The notes under the pieces are model-generated. The model did not search any database and had not been told where the DNA came from. It saw only the letters and a list, made by a program, of their open reading frames with translations. Source: Spirochaetia bacterium (GTDB lineage Bacteria > Spirochaetota > Spirochaetia > DSM-2461). Taken from it: a stretch of 64,000 nt of DNA. The stretch covers positions 1,152,001 to 1,216,000 of the forward strand of contig CAXXIA010000001.1 of NCBI GenBank assembly GCA_963666985.2. Direction: 5' to 3'. The position numbers and the translations under genes are program-made. This document shows, piece by piece, positions 10,297 to 19,534 of the stretch; position 1 is the stretch's first letter; each line of letters starts with the position of its first letter.

Positions 10297-11472
10297 ATGA
10301 GCATCTTGATGGTGAAAAAAATCCTTCTTAACGGTTCTCCCTGCGGCAAATGCGTTCAGGCGGAAGAAATTCTCCGGAAACGCGGCTTTTGGGAACGCAT
10401 CGACAGCGTTGTGTACGCCGAGGAAGGGAATCCCGATTCGGACGGAATGAAACTCGCGAAAGAATTCGATATTAAGCTGGCGCCTTTTTTCATCGTCGGC
10501 GATGACGATGAAAAAAACGGCCGCAGAGTTTATACCCGTGTGTTCGAATTCATCAAGAAAGAACTTGAAGGCCGAGAGACCCCTCCTTCCCAGAGCGGCG
10601 GCTCGCCGAACGGCGGTTTTTCGGCGGACGCCGAGAAATCCGCGGCGAAAAATAAAGCCGTTACAGGCCGCCGCGTTTCGATAGACGCCAGCTCTTCACA
10701 AAAAAACGCGGCAGAATCCAAGAGCGGCGCTTCCGTTCCCGCCGAAAAAACCGCGCCCGCTGATTTCGATATAAAAGAGGCGGAGAAACGATACTCAGGT
10801 CTCTCGCCCGCGGCCATTCTCGCCGACGCGCAGAAAGCCTTCGGTGCGGATCTGGTTATCGCGTTCAGCGGAGCCGAGGATGTTGTTCTTATCGACATGG
10901 CCTCAAAAAACGGCCTGCCGTTTTCCGTCTTCTGCCTGGATACCGGCCGTCTGCACGAGGAGACCTACCGATTCATCGATGAAGTCAGAAACCGTTACTC
11001 CATCGATATTGAAATCTTTTTTCCCGATCCGTCTCTGCTCGAACCGTTCGTAACGGAAAAAGGAATGACGAGCTTTTTCGAGGACGGACACGGTGAATGC
11101 TGTTCCATCCGCAAAGTGGAGCCTCTCAAACGCGCCCTTGCCGGCAGAAGGGCCTGGGCGACCGGTCTTCGCCGCGATCAAAGTCCGGCCACGCGCGGCG
11201 ATCTGGTTCATGCCGAATCGGATATGGCCCATCTGAATCCCGAAGACTCTCCGCTTGTCAAAATCAATCCGCTGCTCGACTGGAGTTCCGATAAAGTATG
11301 GGACTACATCAGGGCTTTTGACGTTCCGTACAACCGGCTGCACGATGACGGATACCGTTCCATCGGCTGCGCCCCCTGCACGCGCGCGTCGCGGCCGGGA
11401 GAACATGAACGCATGGCCCGCTGGTGGTGGGAAAATGAAACAAAAAGGGAATGCGGACTTCACGTGAAATAA
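10297..11472 (+). CDS. cysH: APS/PAPS reductase with fused N-terminal CxxC domain
   Basis: AFSGAED, LDTGRLH, CCSIRKVEPL, SIGCAPCT, C-terminal ECGLH; N-terminal ~90 aa contain CGKC. Confidence 0.9.
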   Translation: MSILMVKKILLNGSPCGKCVQAEEILRKRGFWERIDSVVYAEEGNPDSDGMKLAKEFDIKLAPFFIVGDDDEKNGRRVYTRVFEFIKKELEGRETPPSQSGGSPNGGFSADAEKSAAKNKAVTGRRVSIDASSSQKNAAESKSGASVPAEKTAPADFDIKEAEKRYSGLSPAAILADAQKAFGADLVIAFSGAEDVVLIDMASKNGLPFSVFCLDTGRLHEETYRFIDEVRNRYSIDIEIFFPDPSLLEPFVTEKGMTSFFEDGHGECCSIRKVEPLKRALAGRRAWATGLRRDQSPATRGDLVHAESDMAHLNPEDSPLVKINPLLDWSSDKVWDYIRAFDVPYNRLHDDGYRSIGCAPCTRASRPGEHERMARWWWENETKRECGLHVK

Positions 11473-11563
11473 TCGGCGTGCAAGCCGTGATGAGGCTCGG
11501 AAGGCGGTGTTCCTGCGGGAATCCAATTCGCGCAGCCGCCGATTCCGGCCGCCTTCCGATTCT

Positions 11564-13360
11564 CTACACGCTTTCGGTTAAGGGCCGTGTCGCTTCATAC
11601 AGCCATTCGCTCTCGTCCTGATTCAGAAGAAACTTCAAGCGCATATAAACTTCATCATGGTAGGCGTCTATCCAGGAAATCTCATCCTCTTCGAGCATCC
11701 CGATATCGATCAGAGTCCTGTCGTAAGGAGCCAATGTCAGCGTCTTGAAGCCCAGAAAAGTTCCGAATGCCGTTTTTTCCATTTCTCCGCAGAGAACCAG
11801 ATTCTCAATCCGTATGCCGTACTCGCCTTCCCGGTACAATCCGGGCTCGTCGGAGACGATCATGCCGGGTACCAAAGCCACATCAATGGGATGAGGACTC
11901 AGTTTCTGGGGGCCTTCATGAACATTCAGCCGATACCCGATTCCATGCCCTGTTCCATGACCGTAGTCCAGGCCTCTCCGCCAAAGACCGCCGCGCGCCA
12001 GTGCATCGATTTGATACCCTCTGGTTCCTTGAGGAAACCGGGCCGCGGCAACGGTTATATGCGCTTTGAGCACCAGCGTGTAATCCTCTCTCTGCCTCGA
12101 TGAAGGAATCCCCAGAGAGACCGTTCGCGTAATATCCGTCGTCCCGTCGTCCCATTGACCGCCCGAATCGATCAGAAACAAATCCGATCCGGATTTTAAA
12201 ACGAACGCGCCCTCTTCTTTCGCTTCATAATGACAGATGGCCCCGTGTGATTGAAACGCGGGGATGTATGAAAAGCTGTCCCCCAAGTATCCCGGCATTT
12301 CCGCCCTGCACGATCGCAGTAAATCGGCGGCCTCGATTTCCGTAAGGCTCGCTCCATCGGCAATCTTACGCTTCAGCCGGATCAGGAAACGGACCATGGC
12401 CGCTCCGTCCTTCTCCATGGCGCCGGAGATCCGCCGGATTTCCACGGCGTTCTTAACGGCCTTCATGGAAACCACCGGATCCGCCCCCATCCTGAGGACG
12501 GCCCCTTTCGGAAGGGATTTCATGAGGGTTCGGGATAAAGACGCGGTATCGGCAAGAATTCTGAGTTCGGAAGGAATACGGGATAATTCTTCGTAAAAAC
12601 TCTCATACGGCTCAAGGCCGATCCCGTCCTTGAGCAGCGAATCGCGAACTTTATGGGGAATCCGTTCCAAAACGGTAAACCAGGTAAGACGTTCGGGAAG
12701 CAGAAGGAGATAACCGACAACAACCGGATTATAAGGAACATCGGCTCCCCTGACATTCAAAAGCCAGGCCGCCGAGTCCAATCCCGTACCGATCCACACA
12801 TCGGCTCCGGCCGATGTCAGGGCTTTTTTGAGTCTTGAAATCTTCTCTTTTCGGGATTCGCCGCTTATCTCCGCGTCCAACTCGGTAATTTGCGCCTCAG
12901 GCAGGCCGGGCCTGTCGTTCCAGAGACCGTCAATGAGATCGGCATCGTCCTTCAAAGCGATACCCGCCCTCTGAAAAAGAGCTTCCCATTCACAGGCGGT
13001 CTTTTCCGTTATGCTCCTGCCGTCTATCCCGACAACCGACCCCGCGGGTAAATTCGCCGCCAGATACTCCGGCAAAGTTTTCACGCCTTCGGCGCCTTCA
13101 CGAAACAACTCGATTCCGCTTCCGGAGAGTTCGTCCGCCGCCTGAATCCAATATCGAAAATCCGTCCAAAGGCCGGCCCGATCGGAAGTGAGCGCGACAG
13201 TACCGGCACTGCCGGTGAATCCGCTGATCCACCGCCGTGTCCGCCAGGATTCGGGCGGATATTCACTTCCATGAGGGTCCGCACCCGTGATGACGTATGC
13301 GTCGAGGCCGCATTCCTTCATTCGTGTTCTTAATGATTTCAATTTCAAGGTTATTTCCAC
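11564..13360 (-). CDS. Aminopeptidase P (M24B) family
   Basis: DPHGSEY, SGFTGSAG, DSGGQWDDGTTDITRT, HGTGHGIG, VHEGP, EPGLY, GIRIENL; GTG start inferred. Confidence 0.92.
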   Translation of the reverse strand: MEITLKLKSLRTRMKECGLDAYVITGADPHGSEYPPESWRTRRWISGFTGSAGTVALTSDRAGLWTDFRYWIQAADELSGSGIELFREGAEGVKTLPEYLAANLPAGSVVGIDGRSITEKTACEWEALFQRAGIALKDDADLIDGLWNDRPGLPEAQITELDAEISGESRKEKISRLKKALTSAGADVWIGTGLDSAAWLLNVRGADVPYNPVVVGYLLLLPERLTWFTVLERIPHKVRDSLLKDGIGLEPYESFYEELSRIPSELRILADTASLSRTLMKSLPKGAVLRMGADPVVSMKAVKNAVEIRRISGAMEKDGAAMVRFLIRLKRKIADGASLTEIEAADLLRSCRAEMPGYLGDSFSYIPAFQSHGAICHYEAKEEGAFVLKSGSDLFLIDSGGQWDDGTTDITRTVSLGIPSSRQREDYTLVLKAHITVAAARFPQGTRGYQIDALARGGLWRRGLDYGHGTGHGIGYRLNVHEGPQKLSPHPIDVALVPGMIVSDEPGLYREGEYGIRIENLVLCGEMEKTAFGTFLGFKTLTLAPYDRTLIDIGMLEEDEISWIDAYHDEVYMRLKFLLNQDESEWLYEATRPLTESV

Positions 13361-13465
13361 GGGGTTTCCTCCGCGAAATACGTTATCCCCGGTGTTTTTA
13401 TCTTTCAAGACCTTCGCGTTTTCACCTGCTTCGAAAGAAAACGACGACTGATGCATCGAAAAACG

Positions 13466-13492
13466 TCAAGGAAACTTGGAAGTTGCCGAACA
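13466..13492 (+). promoter_or_regulatory. Sigma28 (FliA)-type promoter
   Basis: TCAA (13466-69), 15 nt, GCCGAACA (13485-92), against the consensus TAAA-N15-GCCGATAA. Confidence 0.55.
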
Positions 13493-13497
13493 TAAGT

Positions 13498-13589
13498 GTG
13501 AGAGCTGACGGCGGTTTTTCAACTCACCCCTCCCATGATGACCGTCGGACCCTCGGACGACCGTCCCTCCCCGGACGGTCATTTTTTTT
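13498..13589 (+). ncRNA. Candidate small RNA (~90 nt)
   Basis: Lies between the sigma28-like promoter and an intrinsic terminator in a divergent intergenic region; 5' hairpin and C-rich CCCTCCC motifs. Confidence 0.45.
13559..13589 (+). terminator. Intrinsic terminator
   Basis: GACCGTCC-ctcccc-GGACGGTC followed by A and a T8 run. Confidence 0.75.
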
Positions 13590-13755
13590 CTCCGCCGAGC
13601 GTCCTTTCGGGCAAACCTTCCCCAAAAACCTTCGAACGGGCGAAAACCCGGCGTCTTTCAGGCTTCTTCCTCCCTTAAGGTTCCTCATGGTAAATTATTA
13701 GGCGGCTTTTCGTGTATGATTGCCGACGAAACCGCCACTGCATCTAAGGACGAAT

Positions 13756-15030
13756 ATGAACTGTAAAAAAATCGGTATAGGTGATATCGGCGTCTATGTG
13801 CCCTCCCCGCGCATGGATCTGGACATTTTGATCAATGCCAGAAAAGCCGAAGATGATAAATGGGAACGGATTCTTCAGCGGGCCGTGGAGACAACCGGAC
13901 AATCTTCCTTCCGTTTCCCGGAAATATGGGAAGACACCTGTTCTCTGGCCGCGAATGCCGCCGCATTACCCCTGGACCGATTAGGACCCGACGGCTGTAA
14001 AGATATCAGACTGCTGGCCGTCGGAACGGAAACTTCCGTGGATCATTCCAAACCCGTTGCCTCTTATGTTCAGGGAATGCTTCAAGCTTCCGGATATCCC
14101 CTTCAAACGTCGATGACGACATTTGAAATAAAACACGCCTGCGCCGGAGAAACCGCGGCTCTTCTTTCGGCGGCATCATTGATCGGCTGTTCGGCAAACG
14201 AGAAAGAAAAAGCTCTGGTAATCGGAAGCGACATCGCCCGCTACGATACTCCGAGCACGGCCGAAATCACTCAAGGCGCCGGAGCCGCCGCACTTATCGT
14301 TGAAAAGAATCCGAGACTTCTGGAGATGGATCTGGGGGTTCAGGGCTACTATGCTTCGGATGTCGACGATTTCTTCCGCCCTCTCGGATCGGTTACGGCC
14401 AGAGTCAAAGGGCGGTATTCCATGGAATGCTATCAGGCGGCCATGGGAGCCGCTCTTGACGACTATGCGCGGCGGAAAGGAACCGATGTCACCGGTGTTT
14501 TCACTGAAACCGACTATTTGGCGCTCCATGTGCCCTTCGCCTCGATGCCCGTTACCGCCGTTACCGGATTTCTCACAGATCAATGCGGATGGGAACCGAA
14601 AGCCGTGGACGGCTTTCTGGAAAGAACCGGATTTGTCGATGCCTTGTCGATGAGCCGTACCTTCGGAAATCTTTATACCGGTTCCCTCTATGCTTACATC
14701 GCGTCTCTTCTGAATCAGGAGTTTCGGAAACACGGGGAAAATATCATCGGGAAAAAAATTCTTGTGGCTTCCTACGGTTCGGGAAACACCATGATCGTTT
14801 ACTCATTGACCATTGCTCCCGGAGCCCCCGGTATCGTCGCATCCTGGAATCTGAACAAGCTGATCGGCGATGCCCGGCCCGCGGATTTTTCCGAATACCT
14901 CCGATGGCTCGAACGGCCTTCCGATACCGATGCCTGGAACGCCCTCCTTTCAAAAGGCGCACCGCAAAAAGGACGATTTTATCTGAAAGGATTCGAAGAG
15001 TCGGGCTTAAGAATCTATGATAAGGCCTAA
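13756..15030 (+). CDS. mvaS: Hydroxymethylglutaryl-CoA synthase
   Basis: VGTETSVDHSKP, EIKHACAG, SDIARY, EITQGAGA, HVPF, GNLYTGSL, SYGSG. Confidence 0.93.
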   Translation: MNCKKIGIGDIGVYVPSPRMDLDILINARKAEDDKWERILQRAVETTGQSSFRFPEIWEDTCSLAANAAALPLDRLGPDGCKDIRLLAVGTETSVDHSKPVASYVQGMLQASGYPLQTSMTTFEIKHACAGETAALLSAASLIGCSANEKEKALVIGSDIARYDTPSTAEITQGAGAAALIVEKNPRLLEMDLGVQGYYASDVDDFFRPLGSVTARVKGRYSMECYQAAMGAALDDYARRKGTDVTGVFTETDYLALHVPFASMPVTAVTGFLTDQCGWEPKAVDGFLERTGFVDALSMSRTFGNLYTGSLYAYIASLLNQEFRKHGENIIGKKILVASYGSGNTMIVYSLTIAPGAPGIVASWNLNKLIGDARPADFSEYLRWLERPSDTDAWNALLSKGAPQKGRFYLKGFEESGLRIYDKA

Positions 15031-15061
15031 GGTCCTTTTAGGGCCGCCGCGAGGATAGTCT

Positions 15062-16186
15062 GTGAAAGACGGATTACGCAGCAGAAAGAACGAACATCTC
15101 GATATCTGCCTGAACACATCCCTCGATATAGAAACAGGCGATACGGGACTGAACGCCGTCGGCTTTCACCACCGCTCTCTTCCGGAAACCGAGGCGGGCG
15201 GCATCGATCCGACGACCGAATTCTTAGGGTGCGTTCTTAAGATTCCGATTATGATTTCCTGCATGACCGGAGGTTCCGAAAAAGGCCGGCGCATTAATGA
15301 AATCCTGGCCGCGGCGGCCGGAGAAGAAAAAATCGCCATCGGAACGGGTTCCATCCGGGTGATGATGGAACATCCGGAAACACTTCCCGATTTTCTGCTG
15401 AAGCGTTTGGCTCCCGATTCTCCCGTTCTGGCCAATATCGGCGCGGCCCAGCTTTTGGAGTACGAACCGGAAAAGATCCTGGACGCCGTGGAATCCATCG
15501 CCGCAGACGGTCTTTATGTCCACTTAAATGCGGCCCAGGAATTTTTTCAGGCCGAAGGAGAAAAGACATTCATCGGCTGGAAGAGCGGAATCTTCAAACT
15601 TTTGGACGCGGCCGCCCGTCGAGACATTCCCATCCTCATCAAGGAAACAGGAGCGGGGATTCCGCCCGTCGAAGGACTTCCCCTTCTGAAATCCGGAGCC
15701 GCTTACCTGGACATCGCCGGGACGGGAGGAACGGACTGGATTGCCGTGGAATCCTTCCGCTCGGACGGATGGAGAAAAAAGAGTGCGCAATCCTTTATCG
15801 GATGGGGGTATTCCACCGGGGAACTTCTTTTGGCCTACAGGCAGATTTCCCGCGCGGGAGGAGAATCCGGCCGAACGGTTGCGGACCGAATCATCGCCTC
15901 CGGGGGCCTGAGAACCCCTCGGGATTTTGCCGTTTCGCTTTCATGCGGCGCCTATTTGGCCGCGGCGGCTCTACCGTTTGCCCGAATGGCGGCCTCAGGA
16001 GGTCCGAAGGCCGTAACCGCCTACATCAAATCCATAGCAGAAGGCATCAAAGCTGCCGCGGCGCTGACCGGCGCTTCATCCCTTGATGAATTCCGAAAAT
16101 CCGAACTGAGGATTCCCTCCGACGCCGCCGATCGGGCGGAAAAACTCGCCGAAGAAGCCCTTGCGGCCGAAGAAGGATCGAGATGA
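15062..16186 (+). CDS. fni: Type 2 (FMN-dependent) isopentenyl-diphosphate isomerase
   Basis: RKNEHLDICL, MTGGS, ANIGAAQL, HLNAAQE, KETGAG, GGTDW, IASGGLR. Confidence 0.93.
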   Translation: MKDGLRSRKNEHLDICLNTSLDIETGDTGLNAVGFHHRSLPETEAGGIDPTTEFLGCVLKIPIMISCMTGGSEKGRRINEILAAAAGEEKIAIGTGSIRVMMEHPETLPDFLLKRLAPDSPVLANIGAAQLLEYEPEKILDAVESIAADGLYVHLNAAQEFFQAEGEKTFIGWKSGIFKLLDAAARRDIPILIKETGAGIPPVEGLPLLKSGAAYLDIAGTGGTDWIAVESFRSDGWRKKSAQSFIGWGYSTGELLLAYRQISRAGGESGRTVADRIIASGGLRTPRDFAVSLSCGAYLAAAALPFARMAASGGPKAVTAYIKSIAEGIKAAAALTGASSLDEFRKSELRIPSDAADRAEKLAEEALAAEEGSR

Positions 16187-17466
16187 AACCGGGAAACAAA
16201 AAATTCAGACACAGTTCGATACGCGAACGCCGCCGCTATTTTCGCGAAGCCGCTCTCGATGATATTCAGGCCGAAGACTTTGCGTTCACCGGCGCCGACG
16301 AAGGACTGCTCGATCTCTCCGAAGCCATGGTCGAACAGGCGGTCGGTTATGTCGGCGTTCCCCTCGGCATCGCCGGACCCTTTCTCATCGATAACCGAGA
16401 CGTCCTGATTCCTCTGGCCACAGAGGAGCCGTCCGTGATTGCCGCCGCCTCTTTCGCGGCTTCCATAACCAGAAAGCACGGCGGACTGATGACCAAAGCC
16501 GGCGAGCCTGTTATGACGGCGCAGATTTTTTTGGAAGATACCGGAGAGCGCGGAGCCGACGGCGTTGACGCCGTGCTTTCCTCGCAAGAGAGAATCCGTG
16601 AGCACCTGAAACCCGTCCTTGATTCCATGATGCGCCGCGGAGGCGGCTGGAGGGGGCTGGATGCCCGGTGGATCGCTCCCTCGCAGACGCTCTCGGTGAA
16701 CGTTCGAATCGACGTCAGAGACGCCATGGGCGCCAATCTGCTCAACAGCGCCGCAGAAAAGCTTCGCCCGCTTCTGGAAGAAATCACGGGAGGCCGCGTT
16801 CTCATGGCCATCCTCTCCAACCGTTCCTGGGACCGAACGGCCTCCGCCCGGCTGCAGATTCCCCTTTCGGCTTTGGGCCGTCCCGGCTTCAGCGGAGAAG
16901 AGACCGCCAGACGCATTGTCCGCGCTTCCAGAATCGCCCGGGAAGACCCCGACAGGGCCGTTACCCACAACAAAGGGATTATGAACGGAATCAGCGCTCT
17001 GGCGCTTGCCACGGCCAACGATACCCGGGCCATCGAAGCCGCCGCGCACGCCTACGCGGGACGCTACGGGCCCTACCACGGGCTCACCGAATACTGGATT
17101 GAAGAGGGCACTCTTCACGGCAGTCTTGAAATGCCTCTTCCGTTCGCCGTTACAGGCGGCGCGGTCGGGTTCCATCCCGCTTCCCGGTGGTCCCTGAATC
17201 TTTTGGGGAATCCGGATGCGCCGATGCTCAGCCGCATCGCTGCGGCTCTCGGGCTGGCTCAGAATCTCGCGGCTCTGCGCGCCCTTGTCTGCGAAGGAAT
17301 CCAAACCGGGCACATGGCCCTCCATGCCAGAAGACTTTCTTACGACGCGGGCGCCCGAGGCGATGATCTTTCCGAATTCGCCGATGAAATCCGTTCCCGC
17401 GAAATTCGAAGCCGAGAGGATGCCTTAACGCATTTTGAATCTTGGAAAGCAAAAAAGGACGGATGA
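16183..17466 (+). CDS. mvaA: HMG-CoA reductase, class II
   Basis: PLATEEPSVIAA, DAMGAN, RAVTHNKGIMNG, GLAQNLAALRAL, GHMALH. Confidence 0.95.
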   Translation: MKPGNKKFRHSSIRERRRYFREAALDDIQAEDFAFTGADEGLLDLSEAMVEQAVGYVGVPLGIAGPFLIDNRDVLIPLATEEPSVIAAASFAASITRKHGGLMTKAGEPVMTAQIFLEDTGERGADGVDAVLSSQERIREHLKPVLDSMMRRGGGWRGLDARWIAPSQTLSVNVRIDVRDAMGANLLNSAAEKLRPLLEEITGGRVLMAILSNRSWDRTASARLQIPLSALGRPGFSGEETARRIVRASRIAREDPDRAVTHNKGIMNGISALALATANDTRAIEAAAHAYAGRYGPYHGLTEYWIEEGTLHGSLEMPLPFAVTGGAVGFHPASRWSLNLLGNPDAPMLSRIAAALGLAQNLAALRALVCEGIQTGHMALHARRLSYDAGARGDDLSEFADEIRSREIRSREDALTHFESWKAKKDG

Positions 17467-18485
17467 GAATGTCCGCTGATTCGCCTCTCTCCCAGGGGGA
17501 AGAAATCATCGGGGAAGCCGTTGCCTCGGCGCACCCCAGTTTGGCCCTGATTAAATATTGGGGGAAACAGGACGTTGCGGAAAACATTCCGGCCACGCCT
17601 TCGCTGGCGATCACCCTGGACTCTCTTACCACCGAAACGGCCGTGCTGCTTACATCGACACACGAAGTTCCCGAAGATCGGGTTTTTATCGGCGGGCAGC
17701 TTCAGCCTTCCGACAGATTCGCTCCTTTTTTTTCCGCTTTTCGCCGTTTTTTTCCTAATCATGAAAGCCCGTCCTTTTCGGTTACGGCGCGCAGCATGTC
17801 GAACTATCCCTCCGCCGCGGGGCTGGCGAGTTCCGCCGCCGGTTTCGCCGCGCTCGCCAAAGCCTGTACCGCCGCCGCCGATCTGAAAACCGGCGACGGC
17901 GAGCTGTCGGCCCTCGCCCGTATCGGATCGGCCTCCGCGGCCAGATCCCTCTTCGGCGGTTTCGTCCGGCTTGACGCCGGCGCGAAAAAAGCCGTCCCCG
18001 TTAAAGACGCCGATTGGTGGCCCGGCTTAAGAATTATCGTGGTGGAAGTGGCACAGGTTCCCAAAAGCATCTCCACCAGAGAAGCCATGGAATCGGTTCG
18101 CACCACATCGCCGTTCTACAGCGCCTGGATTGAGGACTCACCGAATCTGATGGACGGCGCCCTTGCGGCCCTGGAAGAAAGAAACCTTGATGAGCTGGGT
18201 CCGCTTATGCGGATGAGCTATCTTCGGATGTTCGGCACGATGTTCTCCGCGAATCCCCCCATTGTCTATTGGAAACCCAACAGTCTCGGCCTTATAGCCG
18301 CCTGTAACGAAATGCGGCGCAAGGGTTTAAGCGTCTGGGAAACCATGGACGCCGGACCTCAGGTAAAAATTCTCTGCAGTGAAGAACATCTTGAGGCCGT
18401 CGAACATTATCTTGCGGATGCGTTTGCCTCTCTTCCCAGACGTGTCTGCCGTATCGGCGAAGGCGCGGCGGTTATAAAAAGATGA
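17463..18485 (+). CDS. mvaD: Diphosphomevalonate decarboxylase
   Basis: ALIKYWGK, PSAAGLASSAAGFAAL, ARIGSASAARS, TMDAGPQVK; ATGA overlap with mvaA. Confidence 0.95.
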   Translation: MRMSADSPLSQGEEIIGEAVASAHPSLALIKYWGKQDVAENIPATPSLAITLDSLTTETAVLLTSTHEVPEDRVFIGGQLQPSDRFAPFFSAFRRFFPNHESPSFSVTARSMSNYPSAAGLASSAAGFAALAKACTAAADLKTGDGELSALARIGSASAARSLFGGFVRLDAGAKKAVPVKDADWWPGLRIIVVEVAQVPKSISTREAMESVRTTSPFYSAWIEDSPNLMDGALAALEERNLDELGPLMRMSYLRMFGTMFSANPPIVYWKPNSLGLIAACNEMRRKGLSVWETMDAGPQVKILCSEEHLEAVEHYLADAFASLPRRVCRIGEGAAVIKR

Positions 18486-19534
18486 CAAACCGCACGATGC
18501 TTTGGACCTGCCCGGGCAGCCTCCTTATCGCCGGGGAATACCGTATAACGGAAGAAGGAGGAAGGGGGCTCGCCGTCGCGGCCGGTCCTGTCGGCAGAGC
18601 CTTCAGGGAACCCTCGGAAGAACCGTCGGTACGCTCGCTCTGGCCCGGCGGCGGATGGGAAGGGCAAATCATCACTCCGGAAATGTTACGGGGCGCCTCC
18701 CTCGCCGCCGCCGCTCTCCGGGAAATGCCGGCGGCCGATTCTTCCGAAATTCGCGCCTCATCCTCACTGAAGGCCCCCGGGCCCGTTTTTACCATTACGG
18801 TCGATACAACCGGCTTTTTTCGCGAAGACGGCTCCAAACTCGGCTACGGTTCCAGTGCGGCCGCCTGCATGCTGCTCTGCCGCTCTTTTGCTCCGACCAT
18901 GGAGACCGAAAAAGCCGCTCACGCGGCAATTCGGGCCCACCGCGCCTGGCAGGGCGGCCGCGGGAGCGGATACGATGTTTTGGCCTCCGCGTTCGGCGGC
19001 GCGGGACTGTTCATCGGCGGCAAAAAACCGATATGGGACCATCTGAGTTGGCCCGGAAACCTGAAAGCCTGGATTATCCATGCACCCGAAGCCGTCCGTA
19101 CTCCCCGTGCCGTTTCCCTTTATAAACAATGGCGGATGGAATGCCCCGACGAATCCGAGAAACTCCTTTCACGCTCCGATGAACTGGTAAACGGTTTAAC
19201 CCGGATTTTCAAAACCGAATCGGAATCCGCGGACACATCGGTTCCGGAGATTCTTCGCGAGCTTTCCGATATAGGCCGCATCCTTGGAGAAAAAATCGGA
19301 GTTCCGGCCGAACCCGTCCTTCCCGAAGGACTCACCGGGATTCTTCAAGATCAAACCCGTAAAAACATCGCCGCCAAATGTCTGGGCGCCGGAAACGAAA
19401 CAGTCCTTCTCGCCGCTTTGCCCGACAGCCTGACAAAAACCGAGCAGGCGGCCCTCGATTCGGCCATTGATGCGGGCACGGCAACTCCTCTTATCCTCAG
19501 AAAGGAAGGAATCCGGAGAGAATCCGGCCTATGA
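18482..19534 (+). CDS. Phosphomevalonate kinase (GHMP family)
   Basis: PGSLLIAGEY, KLGYGSSAA, GSGYDVLAS, KCLGAGNE; position in the operon. Confidence 0.85.
   Translation: MTNRTMLWTCPGSLLIAGEYRITEEGGRGLAVAAGPVGRAFREPSEEPSVRSLWPGGGWEGQIITPEMLRGASLAAAALREMPAADSSEIRASSSLKAPGPVFTITVDTTGFFREDGSKLGYGSSAAACMLLCRSFAPTMETEKAAHAAIRAHRAWQGGRGSGYDVLASAFGGAGLFIGGKKPIWDHLSWPGNLKAWIIHAPEAVRTPRAVSLYKQWRMECPDESEKLLSRSDELVNGLTRIFKTESESADTSVPEILRELSDIGRILGEKIGVPAEPVLPEGLTGILQDQTRKNIAAKCLGAGNETVLLAALPDSLTKTEQAALDSAIDAGTATPLILRKEGIRRESGL

Noticed and set aside
7019..10300. Long + strand ORFs (407, 274 and 366 aa)
   Set aside because: Antisense shadows of ileS, expected from codon bias.
16021..17325. 434-aa minus-strand ORF
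   Set aside because: Antisense to the HMG-CoA reductase gene.
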